DNA from: Vicugna vicugna
Lineage: Eukaryota
Assembly (NCBI GenBank): GCA_013265495.1
Contig: MU061168.1
Location: forward strand, 1,400,209-1,464,208
Direction of reading: 5' to 3'
Length of the DNA: 64,000 bases
In this document: positions 23,401 through 34,360 of the stretch, in pieces
How positions within the stretch are numbered: position 1 is the first letter of the stretch
Layout: each line of letters begins with the position of its first letter
Notes under the pieces: model-generated
The model's input: the letters and a program-made list of their open reading frames with translations, nothing else
Told to the model about the DNA's origin: nothing
Database searches by the model: none
Made by a program: the position numbers and the translations under genes

Positions 23401-25161
23401 TTCATAGTCCTTCTCATTGTCTTGGAGTCTCATGTCTAACAGGACATCTGACAATAATGTATGTGAGGCTTTTAGAGACTTTAAAAACATATTCAAACAG
23501 AACTTTAGAATATTTTCTTAAAAAGGAAATATCCATCAGAGAAAACTCTTTGCTTTCTTATTTTTCATTAGATAAATTCCATCGTGTCACTGAGCAGACA
23601 TCAGCAAGGGTTCTCAGACCCTTCCTTTGTCTCTTGAACGTGTCCAGAAGGGTCCCATCAGGTTATCTTTTGGGGCCATGTCTTCCCCCAAGGCTGCGAC
23701 AGGTAACGGGTGAATGCAGAGGAAACATTTAGAGGATCAAATCGTCTTTGACTCAGCCCGACCTTTTTGCTGGGCTCTGCAAGCAATTTTTAAAAAAATC
23801 TCACTAACCCCTGAGGGCGGGGCCAGGGTCTCCCTATACTTTTTGTCACCTCCAATAGCCTATTGAAAAGTGCTCCGTTCACAAGCGCAGTGAGGAGGGA
23901 AAGTGGAATGAGGAGTGAGGTAGAGGAAGAACAATGATAGGAAACTAAGGAACAGGAAGGAGAAAGGTGAGAGTGAAGAGAAAGGAATGGAGAAGGGAGA
24001 AGACCAGCCCCCATAGCCCCATTCTGGGGGTAGAGTCGGCCTGCCCCTCCCGGGCCTGCTGGGGAACGCCCACTGTTGCAGAACATTGCTGCTGCGCCAC
24101 CTACAGGCCTGGAGGTCAAACAGAGGCAGGAAATGAGCTCTACACAGTCCCTCCTAAATGCTGAGGGGAGACCTCCCTCCCTTCTCTCAAGGGTACCAGA
24201 GGGTCTTTTGTTGGCTGCTGACGTAAATGACACACTCTGCTTCTCTCAGAGACATCAGTATCTGGGAGCTTTTGCTTCACAACTGGAAGAGCATAGAGGA
24301 TTTTTTTGGTGGCAGGAGAGGGTAAGAAAGAAGAGGAGGAAGCTGGGGGGCAGTGGTATGGTGTCTGCTGACTGTTCTGCTCAGTGGACTAGGCACAAGG
24401 CCCTGTGGAGGACCTGGAGGACACAGAGGTCCCTGCTGGCACTCAGGTTTCTCCCGGACGCCCAGGCCTGGGGTTGGGGGTGGATGTTCTAGGAGTTGAT
24501 AGGGCCACTTGGCTGCTTTGGGACCTGGTGATGAGGTGAGGCATAGAGCTGGGGAGACCACTTCCTCATTTCTGCATGCGGTCTGGCGCTGTCAGGGCAC
24601 CTGAGGACCGTGTCTTTGGGGGCCCCCTTCCCAGTGCCTGTGATTCAGATGGAGGCATCCCTCATGGGCTGGCAGAGGTGAGGCTCCTGCTAGCAGCTTT
24701 GAGGGCAGGGGATACAGACAAATAAGATGTGGAGTCCAGAGGAGGGAAGGGCTGTGCTTGGTGCAGCTGCATAGATCGGCTGAGAGTGCATGGCAGGCTC
24801 CCCTTTGAGGACTTCCAGAAATGACTGGGCACGCGCTAGGTCTGTCTGGGGGCCCTGGGGTCCTGCTGTTTCATAAGGGGGGTTATGGAGCTCATCAGAG
24901 GTCAGAGTTGACTTTATGAGCTCTAAGTTTCTAATTCGGGCCCTCTTCCCAAATGACAGAGAAAAAGAAAGAAAAGAAAAGAAGAGAACAGAGAAGGCTG
25001 CAGCTGTGGGGAACAGGCCACTTGTCAAAGTATCAGTCCCCTTTTACAGAGGTGTCTTTCAGGGCTGCTGCGGGCACTGCTTCTCTCTGCTCCTCCAGAG
25101 GGCAGGCAGTCACATTTTATACCTTAGTCTTGCCTCTGGATTGCAAGCCTCCTCCTTTTAC

Positions 25162-25840
25162 TTTTCTTTTTTTTTTTAATTGAAGCATAATTGGTTTACA
25201 ATGTTGTGTTTCTGTTGTGCATCATAGTGGTTCAGTTATACATATATATATAAATATATATATATATTCCTTTTCATATTCTTTTTCATTATAGGCTATT
25301 ATAAGCTATTGAATATAATTCCTTGTGAATACAGTAGTTAGTATCTGCAGATCCCACCCTCCCAATTTATCCCTGCACCCACTCCTTTCCTCCTTGGTAA
25401 CCATAAGTTTGTTCTCTATGTCTGTGAGTCTGTTTCTGTTTTGTGAATAAGTTCATTTGTGTCATTTTTTTAGATTCTACATATAAATGATATCATATGG
25501 TATTTTTCTTTCTCTTTCTGGTTTACTTCACTTTGACAGCTTCCAGGTCCATCCATGCAANNNNNNNNNNNNNNNNNNNNNNNNNNNNNNNNNNNNNNNN
25601 NNNNNNNNNNNNNNNNNNNNNNNNNNNNNNNNNNNNNNNNNNNNNNNNNNNNNNNNNNNNNNNNNNNNNNNNNNNNNNNNNNNNNNNNNNNNNNNNNNNN
25701 NNNNNNNNNNNNNNNNNNNNTTTTGAATTAGAGTTCCCTCCAGATACATGCCCAGGAGTGGGATAGCTGGATCATAGGGTAAGTCTATTTTCAGTTTTTT
25801 AAAGAATCTCCATACTGTTTTCCATAATGGCTGTACCAAA
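25162..25840 (-). mobile_element. 5'-truncated L1 3' end (contains N-run 25561-25720)
   Basis: Poly(T), aattgaagcataattggtttacaatg terminus, then the L1 3' UTR and ORF2 end (MVQPLWKTVWRFFKKLKIDLPYDPAIPLLG in the ORF track). Confidence 0.92.
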
Positions 25841-26379
25841 GAGGAAACTCCTTCTTAAAAGTCCCTTCCCCTTATGCTCTTGGAACATTAAAAACCTCAA
25901 ACAAAGCTCTTTAGAGCTCTTTAGAGCTCTATGGCTATTTCTTCCTGCTTCTCTTCATTTCCCTGCCTGCCATGAGTTTTGGCAACTTTAGACATGGCCA
26001 GAGCAAGCCAATGAGAAACAGAGGAACCTTTGGGTAAACTTTGTGCAAGTTATGAAAAAAGTGCCCTTTCCTTGGGAGAACAGCCCACGCAGGGTGCAGA
26101 GTGCATTGAGTGAAGCACAGGCTGAATTTGAGCCCCCACTCACCCCCTGGTCCATGTGCCCCATAAAGAACGAACTAGAACGGGTGCCAGCCTCTTCCGT
26201 CTTCACACTTGCCAAGGGCGTTACCGTCGCCATGTGATCACATGCTTCACTTTCAATAGCATTTTCTTATTGTCTACTTTGAGTTTCGTTAATTTCTACC
26301 AACGCTTATCTTTGTGTTCTCCTTAATTATGGATGCACTTTTAAAACGTTGCTTTCTAAGGGCATGAGTTTGTGCCTGT

Positions 26380-26820
26380 GTTAGCCATGTGGCCAGTCAG
26401 ATTTTAACTGAGAAAGCAAAATCACTTCAGTTATTGCAATGGAAGGAATTTAATGGGGGGAAATCATTTAAGCAGATGGCAGAGTTGCTGAGAACACAAA
26501 CAGTGGATGGATAAAGCAACCCAGAAATTAGCCATGGCAGGACGCTGCTCCCACCTGAGGTGGGAGAGAGATGCCAGGAGGTCGTGTTACCAGGGACACG
26601 CAGTTTACAACAGTGAGGCTGCAGGTATGAGGCTCAAAAGCCAACAAGCCAAAGGTGGGAGCGTGGAAAGACAGACACTCTTGGTTCCTCCATCGCACCA
26701 TTAGGGTGCCAGACCAACCCTAGGATCACCCTTCTCCCATTTTCTTGTTAGCAAATAATAAATGCCTGCATTTGTTTGAATCTGTTAGATTTTCTCTTCC
26801 TTCTAGCTGAATACATCTGA
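26380..26820. mobile_element. Probable old ERVL-class LTR fragment
   Basis: tgtgttagcc...cacttcagttatt...ggaatttaat start resembles reversed LTR33/79-type elements; family not resolved. Confidence 0.3.
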
Positions 26821-27643
26821 TGTAATATGCATCTAATTCTAAGCAATCCATGTCTATGAATAACGGCATTACATTAACTAACTGCATTTACATTCAAAGA
26901 ACCATTTGAAGCAATTGCTGGCTGGCTGGTGGAGGCTGCAGTGACCTCCAGGCCTGGCCTGTGGGTGCAGATGATGCTCCAGGCCCTCAGGGGCCAACTG
27001 GTGGTGCTGGTCAGTGATGAGAGGCAGAGCTGGGGGAGAAGCACACTGGCATTCAGTTGCAGGGTCTCTCCTGGATGCCACCCCTCTGCAGTTCATTCAG
27101 TGAGCCCAGCCCCTGCGTGCCTGCCAAGGGTCCTGGAGAAAATAATTTCTAATTTTCTTCTGACCAGGGAGGATGCAGGGCTTCTTGATTGGCTCACACA
27201 ATATAAACACATAATTACAGTATTTATTCTGGAAGCTCCCCTGAGCCTGGAACTCAACAGTGCACTCTAAGATCTCCTTTCCTTTCTCTTGGGTTCTGTG
27301 ATCTCAGGGCAGTGAGTTAATTAAAAAAAAGAAGATTTCTTGAGGCAAGTCCTCATTTTCTGTCCCTTTACTGTTGATTTTCAGTCTAAGATTGGTTTTG
27401 CTTGTTTCTGATGAGGGACAGTGGGAAGGTATGCCTTGCAGCTAATGTAGTACCAGTGTTTGTTATCAGCATTGTCCAACACTGGGTTAACTTTGCCCAC
27501 CTGATGTGCTTAATTTTGTGGCACCCAGGCTAGGCTCAAGTACTCCACAAGCTGGTGGAAACTGGTCTCATAACAAGCAGAGAGTAAACACTGTTGGACA
27601 GGTTTTGCCTTTTCTTTCACTTTTTGTGAGTGATAAAGCTTTT

Positions 27644-27768
27644 TTTTTTTGGAGGGGGAGGTAATCAGGTTTTTAAAAATCTATTTTTAGAGGAGGTATT
27701 AGGAATTGAACCCAGGATCTTGTGCATGCTAAGCACACAGTCTACTACTTGAGCTATACCCTCCTCTC
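27644..27768 (-). mobile_element. tRNA-Ala-derived SINE (Vic-1-like)
   Basis: Reverse complement of the same SINE; TSD taaagctttt at 27634-27643 and 27770-27779. Confidence 0.9.
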
Positions 27769-27859
27769 TTAAAGCTTTTAATATTTTGTGTTACAACCAT
27801 TTTGCAACCGCTTTTACATCTTCCTGTCACAGGGCACAAAAGTTCTGAAGTTGATATAG

Positions 27860-27948
27860 TTCATCATCATCATCACCATAACAAAGTGCATATAGGGCTT
27901 ACTATACACCAGGCACTGATCTGAGAACTATAAAACATAACTCATTTT
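27860..27948 (-). mobile_element. MIR fragment split by the L1 at 27949 (continues at about 28746-28790)
   Basis: cttactatacaccaggcactg...taactcattt, resuming taactcactttaatgatcatgacaacccc. Confidence 0.6.
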
Positions 27949-28240
27949 GTAAAGGGAATCCTCCTACACTGTTAGTGGGAATGTAGTTTGGTGCAGCCAA
28001 TATGGAAAACAGTATGCAGATTCTTCAAAAACTAAAAATAGACTCACCCTATGATCCAGCAATCCCACTCCTAGGCATATATCCAGTGGAAACTCAATTC
28101 CAAATGATATATGCACCCCAGTGTTCATAGCAGCACTATTTACAATAGCCAAGCTAGGGAGGCCACCTAAATGTCCATTGACAGATGACTGAATAAAGAA
28201 GTTGTGGTATATATATGTGTGTGTGGTATATATAAGTTGT

Positions 28241-28281
<41 letters not shown>

Positions 28282-28745
28282 TGGAATACTACTCAGCCAT
28301 AAAAAATTAAATAATGCCATTTGCAGCAACACGGATGGACCTGGAGATCATCATTCTAAGTGAAGTAAGACAGAAAGAGAAAGAAAAATACTGCTTTTAT
28401 GTGGAATCTAAAGAAATGACACAAATGAACTTATCTACTCACAGACATAGAAAACAAACTTATGGTTACCAAGGAGGAAAGGGGTGGGTGGAGGGATACA
28501 CTGGGAGTTTGGGATTTGTAGATACTAACTACTATATATAAAATAGATAAACAACAAGTTTCTACTGTGTAGCACAGGGAACTGTATTAATTATTTTGTA
28601 ATAAGCTATAATGAAAGAGAATATGGAAAGGAATATATGTATGTATATGTATGACTGAAACATTATGCTGTACACCAGAAATTGACACAACATTGTAAAC
28701 TGACTATACTTCAATAAAAATAAAAATAAAACAAAACAAAACAAA
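27949..28745 (+). mobile_element. 5'-truncated L1 (ORF2 end and 3' UTR) with internal (TA)n and an (AAAAC)n tail
   Basis: Canonical L1 ORF2 C-terminal DNA (ccctatgatccagcaatcccactcc, ggatggacctggag); taactca(t/c)ttt on both flanks. Confidence 0.93.
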
Positions 28746-28789
28746 AAACCCTAACTCACTTTAATGATCATGACAACCCCAAAGGTAAG

Positions 28790-29125
28790 TGTTAGGGGTC
28801 AGATTGTGTCCTCAGTCCTATCCCAGTATCTCAGAATGTGTCCTTATTTGGAGATAGGGTCTTTATTGAGATAATCAAGTTAATTGAGGTCATTAGGTTG
28901 GGCGCTGTATGACTGGTGTCCTGACAAAAAGGAAAAATCTGGACACACAAATATGCATACAAGGAAGACTATGTGAAGACACAGGGGAATGACCATCTAC
29001 TGGCCAAAGAGAGAAGCCTCAGAAGGAACCAGCCTTACCAACACCTTGATTTCAGACTTCCAGCCTCCAGAACTATGAGACAATAAGTTTCTGTTGTTTG
29101 AGCCACTGCATTTGTGGTACATTGT
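28790..29125 (+). mobile_element. MLT1 (MaLR) solo LTR, MLT1B/C-like
   Basis: ttatttggagatagggtcttt, tgactggtgtcct, accttgatttcagacttccagcctccagaact motifs. Confidence 0.85.
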
Positions 29126-29200
29126 TCTGGGTCCAGAACCCCCCACAGATACCAACATCTGCTGGGTGCTCAAGTTACTTGTATAAAATGGGGTAGTGCT
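29126..29200 (+). mobile_element. MER2-like Tigger MITE fragment
   Basis: ccccacagataccaacatctgctgggtgctcaagttacttgtataaaatgg. Confidence 0.6.
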
Positions 29201-29928
29201 GTTCGATATGAGACCTTGCTGTAGTAAGTTTACTGTTATTACTTAAGATGGTATTGTTGTCTCCCTTTTCAGATGAGAAATGGAATCACCTAAATTTACA
29301 AAACTAAGTGGATTCCAAGCCCTTTGGGCGGAAGTCGGAGTGGTTGCAGCTTCCCAGGTACCCAAATAGGCTGGAAGTGGTTAAATGGATGGGTGTCTTT
29401 GGTCCTGGTGGTGTGGGTTTCATTTCCCGCAGGATCTCCCTCTTCCCCAAGTCTTCCATTTACGTGTCAGTGGGTTTTGTGTGGAAGTGGAGCTGACGTT
29501 TGCTTAAATGAGAAACGAGGCTATGTTTATGAACATTTCACAGGGGCCCAGGACCCAGCTGTTTGCCGGACTGTCCAAAGGATGTGGGCTCTTTTGATGG
29601 TGGAGATGTTCCCAGTAGGCAAGCGTGTGTGCCTGTGTGCACATACCTGCCACTTCTTGTATGTACACATATTAGTACGTACACATTCCTCCCTTCATCT
29701 TGTTTATTAACAGAAACACACACATATATCTGGACTGACTCATCCCCCAGTATAAGCACCTTCTCATTCTCAAGCACCCCGCCAGCGCTTGTTCTCAAGC
29801 TCTCTTCCACGTGATTGTGCACATGCATGTGCACACTCCTGGGAACACACACGTGGTAAAGCGGGCTCAGACCAGCGGCCTTAGACCAGAGGCCTTGCAT
29901 CTCATCCGAGTGGGTGACAAGCTAGGGT

Positions 29929-30385
29929 TATGTCTTAGGTCCGGTTGCCCAGAAGCAGATCCTGAGATGAGAAGGAGTCTATGGGTGATTATTGAGGGGC
30001 ATGCTCTCAGAGGAGACCAGTAAGGGCAAGCAGGATGGGGAGGAGGAGGACGCTAGATAAAGTGATTGTACATGAAATTGCAGCCCGATCCTTGGCAGTG
30101 CTCTATCTGGAGCAAAGATCACCCCTCACTGTGTCTCAGGAGGCAAGGGAACTGGCTCTCATCCTGCACCAGCCAGTCACACATTGGCTTCAGGCATCAG
30201 GGGCAGGGGGCGGGGTATAAACTACCAGGCACTTTTGTCTATCGCTGTGTCTGGGTAAAGGCTCCAGCAGCCCAGGGGTCATCCCCTAAGACTGCAGGGT
30301 GAGAGCTCTTAGAAGCAAAGCACACTGGGAAGGAAGCTGGGGATGGCAACCAGCACTGGTAAACGGGATCTCAAGGGTTCTAGGC
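29929..30385 (-). mobile_element. LTR16-type ERVL solo LTR
   Basis: tgtcttaggtccggttgcccagaagcagatcctgaga start and cagtca..attggct, ctggtaaacgggatct motifs follow the LTR16 reverse complement. Confidence 0.75.
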
Positions 30386-30392
30386 AGGGTAC

Positions 30393-30417
30393 TGTGTGTG
30401 TGTGTGTGTGTGTGTGT
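30393..30417. repeat. (TG)n microsatellite
   Basis: Direct observation. Confidence 0.95.
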
Positions 30418-30929
30418 AAGGAAGTGCAGGAGCTCTGGGTGTGGGGAGATTCTTTCAAGGAGCAGAAGGATGATTCAGGGGTCTAGGGAGGGGTAGAATT
30501 TGTGGGTCCTGGTCCTGGCCCAAGGGGGCCAACTGAGCAGAGGTTGAAACAGGTGGCTCAGTAAGGCAGCCCACTGGGCAGAGGCTATTTGCCCCTCCAG
30601 AGGTCTTCATCTGTCTTGGCCCGGATGTAAGGAAGATCAAGTTCAGCCTTGGTGCCAGCTGCAATCCTGTGCACCTAGGTGAGAGGTGGATCGCAGGGAA
30701 GATCTCCCACATCGTCTGTGGGGAGACATGAATTGAAGTCCCGAGGATTATTCCTGGGCCCCTCCCACGCTTAGCAGCTCCTAGGCGGCTGCTGCAGAGA
30801 TCTGGTTCTGCTGGTGCATCCAGTGCGATGGGGGGAGGGGTTGTCTCTGTTGCTTATCAGCCCCTTTGGCTGACTGGATGTCAGTTTCTATGTACAGGAT
30901 GGAGGATGAGGGGGCAAAACCTCACATTT

Positions 30930-31085
30930 TGTTAGCATCCTTCTAGTAGGTAACATGCTCTCTTATTTGCAAATGAGGAAACTGAGTCAGGAGAGGTAAA
31001 GTGAGTTGCCCTAGGTCATATGTGGGTACAGTGGTGGAAGTGGGGTTCAAACTCACACCTGTGCTCCTAGCAGCTAGATTGTTCC
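30930..31085 (-). mobile_element. MIR SINE
   Basis: aaatgaggaaactgag..agaggtaaagtgagttgccctaggtca. Confidence 0.8.
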
Positions 31086-31999
31086 AGGGCCTGGGGCTGC
31101 CGGGATAGAGGCAGTGATGGCTGCAGGGGCCGGGCCCCGGAGTGTGGGATTCCAACTGGCCAGGCACCTGCCAGCCCAGCCCAGTCCTCTTTGCTCAGTG
31201 AGAGGACCACCTGGCCTGATGTTAGTCCTGGCAGGGGCTGGTCTGGCAACATACTGGGAATAAACACTGGAGATAGAGAAAGTGGAAATATCTCTCATAA
31301 ACAAGCCATCATCTTCAGGGACTGAAGTTAAAATTCATATTTTAAAATAATTTATTTGCAAGGGCACAGTCTTGCTAAAATATAAACCAAATTTTCATTA
31401 GTGAACAGAATACTTAGCATCGGAAGCCCTGACTGGTTCAGGGCTATCCGAAGAAAAAGCGGTAAGAATTTACTTTATCTCTGTCTGCATGACTAAAAAG
31501 GTCACCCTAGAGGTCCTTCCAAAAGACAAGGAAGACCAGCCCGAGGATAAATTCCAGTTTAAACTCTAGGATGCAAAATTCAATTGGGGACCAAAATGAC
31601 AGTCTCCCAGCTTCCAAAATTAAACCTCACCTGTAGCAATGGGAAGAAGCTGCTGGCAGCTTTAAACTATTAATTTTCTCTGCTACAAGTTGTTTACTTG
31701 ACAGCTGGTGCCCCACTTTTGAGCAGGATTGCTGATGGCCCTTAAATAAATATTTGGCAATTTGGTTAAAAACTGGCACTTCTAAACCTGCCTTTGGCCT
31801 TAACATGCCAGTGTTTGAAAGCTGATTCCTCAAATTATGGGAGATTGAGGATGGAGACTTCACCTTCTGGGTACCAGAACTGATGATGAAGGGTAGCCAT
31901 GCTCCAAGCTTCTGAACATCAGTTGGGAGTCAGGGTGTGAATTTGGAAATTTGTATATATAAAACAAAATATCTTACTAAATTTCTATGCAGTTTAAAC

Positions 32000-33220
32000 A
32001 TTTTTTCCCACTTAGACTTTTTATTTTCAGATAATTATAGATGTACATGCTGTTGTAAGAAAGAATACAGAGAGACATGCATTAAACTTCGTGTTTGTGT
32101 GTGTGTGCGTTTCCTTCATCTCATGATGCTTATGAACAAACACCCTTCTACGTGCTCTTTCTGGTTAATAAGGAATCCTGCAGGAGGGAGATGCATATGG
32201 TTGTGTAGCATACTGAACTCTGAGCTGGTCTGTACCAACCCACCATGCCCAGAACTAAATGGCTGAGCATTAACATCTTCCGTTCACGTTATAAGGGAAG
32301 AATTAAGCCACATCTGTTGGAAGTCCAGGCAGTAATGAAATTTACCTCAGGTTTGCACCTTGCAAATGACCATGAAACAAGCCATAAAAAAATCAAAAGA
32401 GGAGGCAATAGCATATTTATTTCTACAATGGAAGAGAAATATATTTGTGATATTTAAGGCAATAGAAGATATCATCAGAAACAAGGTGAAGCTAATCAAT
32501 TATAAAATAATTTCAACTTTTGGTAGAGAAAAAAATACTCAATGAAATGAAAAAAATTAGAAAATTATTTTAATTATTATGAATCAGGCTTAAGGTCCAA
32601 AATAGATACAGAATTGTGCAAACTTATGGTTAAGACTTGCACTCTACTTGAGGATTTATCAAAAGATATGAAGATGTTGTTTACATATAAAGAATGACAG
32701 GTAACATTTTTCATTAATATCACGTTTAATTTATAATATCACCACATCATCACAGTGGATAGATTCGCTCTATCAAAATGTCTTGTTTTTGTTTTGTTTT
32801 TTCACAGATTGTAAATTCTCACAAAAAATGTTTAGCCTGAGTAATAATGAAAGAAATACAGATTTGAATGGATAAGGAATGCCAACATTAAATTAATAAA
32901 AATAAATAAGATCGATAAAACCCGTTATGTTAGGTTCTGCTTGGAAAACCCACACACATTACTGGCCACTCTGTCATGTGTTCCTCTTTTTCTGAAGTGC
33001 AAGCTGGCAATTTATAATAAGAACTAGGAAGCATTCATACCTTTTGACTTGGTAATCCCACTTTCGGGAAAATACCCTAAGGTATAATCCAAATGGAAAA
33101 AAGCCTTTATACGAAGATATTTATGGCAGCATGTTCATAATAAGGGAAAATAGAAAGTGACCCAAATGCCCAGTGAGTGGGACTGGTTAGGAGAACCACG
33201 GTGTATCAGAATTCTCGGTG
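32000..33220. mobile_element. Ancient L1M/L1ME fragments (short minus-strand 3' end at about 32000-32080; plus-strand piece at about 32300-33220)
   Basis: A-rich L1ME-type motifs such as cttttgacttggtaatcccactttcgggaa and cccaaatgcccagtgagtgg. Confidence 0.6.
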
Positions 33221-33879
33221 ACCACTAAAACTGAAAAGGATGTGAGCTGTGAAAATGTGCACCCATCAGTGCTAAGTGCAAGCCAAGCAGAATGCAGAGC
33301 AGACGAGCCGCTCTCACAACTTCGCAAAAATGGTGTCTGTGCTCTGACTGCGGAGAAAATGCAGGTAGATGTAAATAGCCAGGAGTTTTAAATTCATGGG
33401 CTCGTTTCCCTATACAAGTATTTATTTCAGTATTTGTCAAATACCTACTATTGGACAGAACAGAGACGGTAGTTCACTAGATGTGTAATCCATGTAGTAA
33501 GTTCTTTTCTCACGTGGAAGGTGTTACTAGCTTCCTTTGGAGAGCTGACCTCACTGTTTCTGTTCTGTTACTATGACTGTAGTTGGCGGATCACCTGCGC
33601 CGGCTGTCTGCTCAGGGAGCCATTCTGAGGATGCTGCAAGTCTCTGTGGATGGCCTGGAAGAGGTGGAGGCTCCCTTCCCCTCCCTGTTCCAGATATAGT
33701 CTTCTGACTTTTCCGTCGAGGTAATACATCCTCTGAAACTCGAGGAAGATTTAAGTAATGCTTGCCCACCCCAGGGTTTAATGAAGGGACCTAAAAAATA
33801 GAGTGAGGGCAGAGCTGCTTGGGTGAGGATCTGACCTTACGTTTGTAGTCTAGCAATCTTTTGCCTTGTATGTACCTTA

Positions 33880-34360
33880 TAAGGCATTATTCTTAGGTAA
33901 TTTGATGGTAAATTCTAGAAAATCCTGCCTCAGTTCACTCAAAAAACATGAAAAAAAAAAAAAGATTGTCCCTTATAACAAGAAGCCCTTGGGTAGGGCA
34001 GCTCCAGGCTGGTTAATTCCATGGCTCCAAGTTCTTTCCATTTTTCCATTCTGCCAGTCTCAGGATGTCAACTTGTCTTCTGCCAGCTCTGATCGTGGTT
34101 CCAGCCAGGTGCTGTGGCTCTAGTCCACAAATACAACACTTAGTATCAAAACTGCCTTTTTCTCTCTCCTTTGAAGAACAAAGAAACCTTTACCAAAATC
34201 TGCCTCCTGTCCCCGCCCTCCCTCTCCCCAGCTTTTCCTTCACTTCTCATTGGCCAGAATTGCATTCCATGTCCTGCTGAAATCAATCACTGTCGAGCGG
34301 AATGAGGCCGCAGTGATTTGCTAAGGTTAGACCTAGCAGGACTCATCCCTGTAGCTGGGG
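33880..34360 (-). mobile_element. Old MLT1 (MLT1K-like) LTR
   Basis: ctcattggccagaattgcattccatg..aatcaatcactg signature. Confidence 0.65.

Noticed and set aside
25528-25839. ORFs with real protein similarity (also 27964-28541, 39974-40370, 48707-49596)
   Set aside because: They are L1 ORF2 C-terminal remnants, not host genes.
25906-25930. ctctttagag tandem repeat
   Set aside because: A simple 10-bp local duplication with no further structure.
28200-28280. Direct repeat aagttgtggtatatata with (TA)n
   Set aside because: Slippage duplication at the usual L1 microsatellite hotspot.
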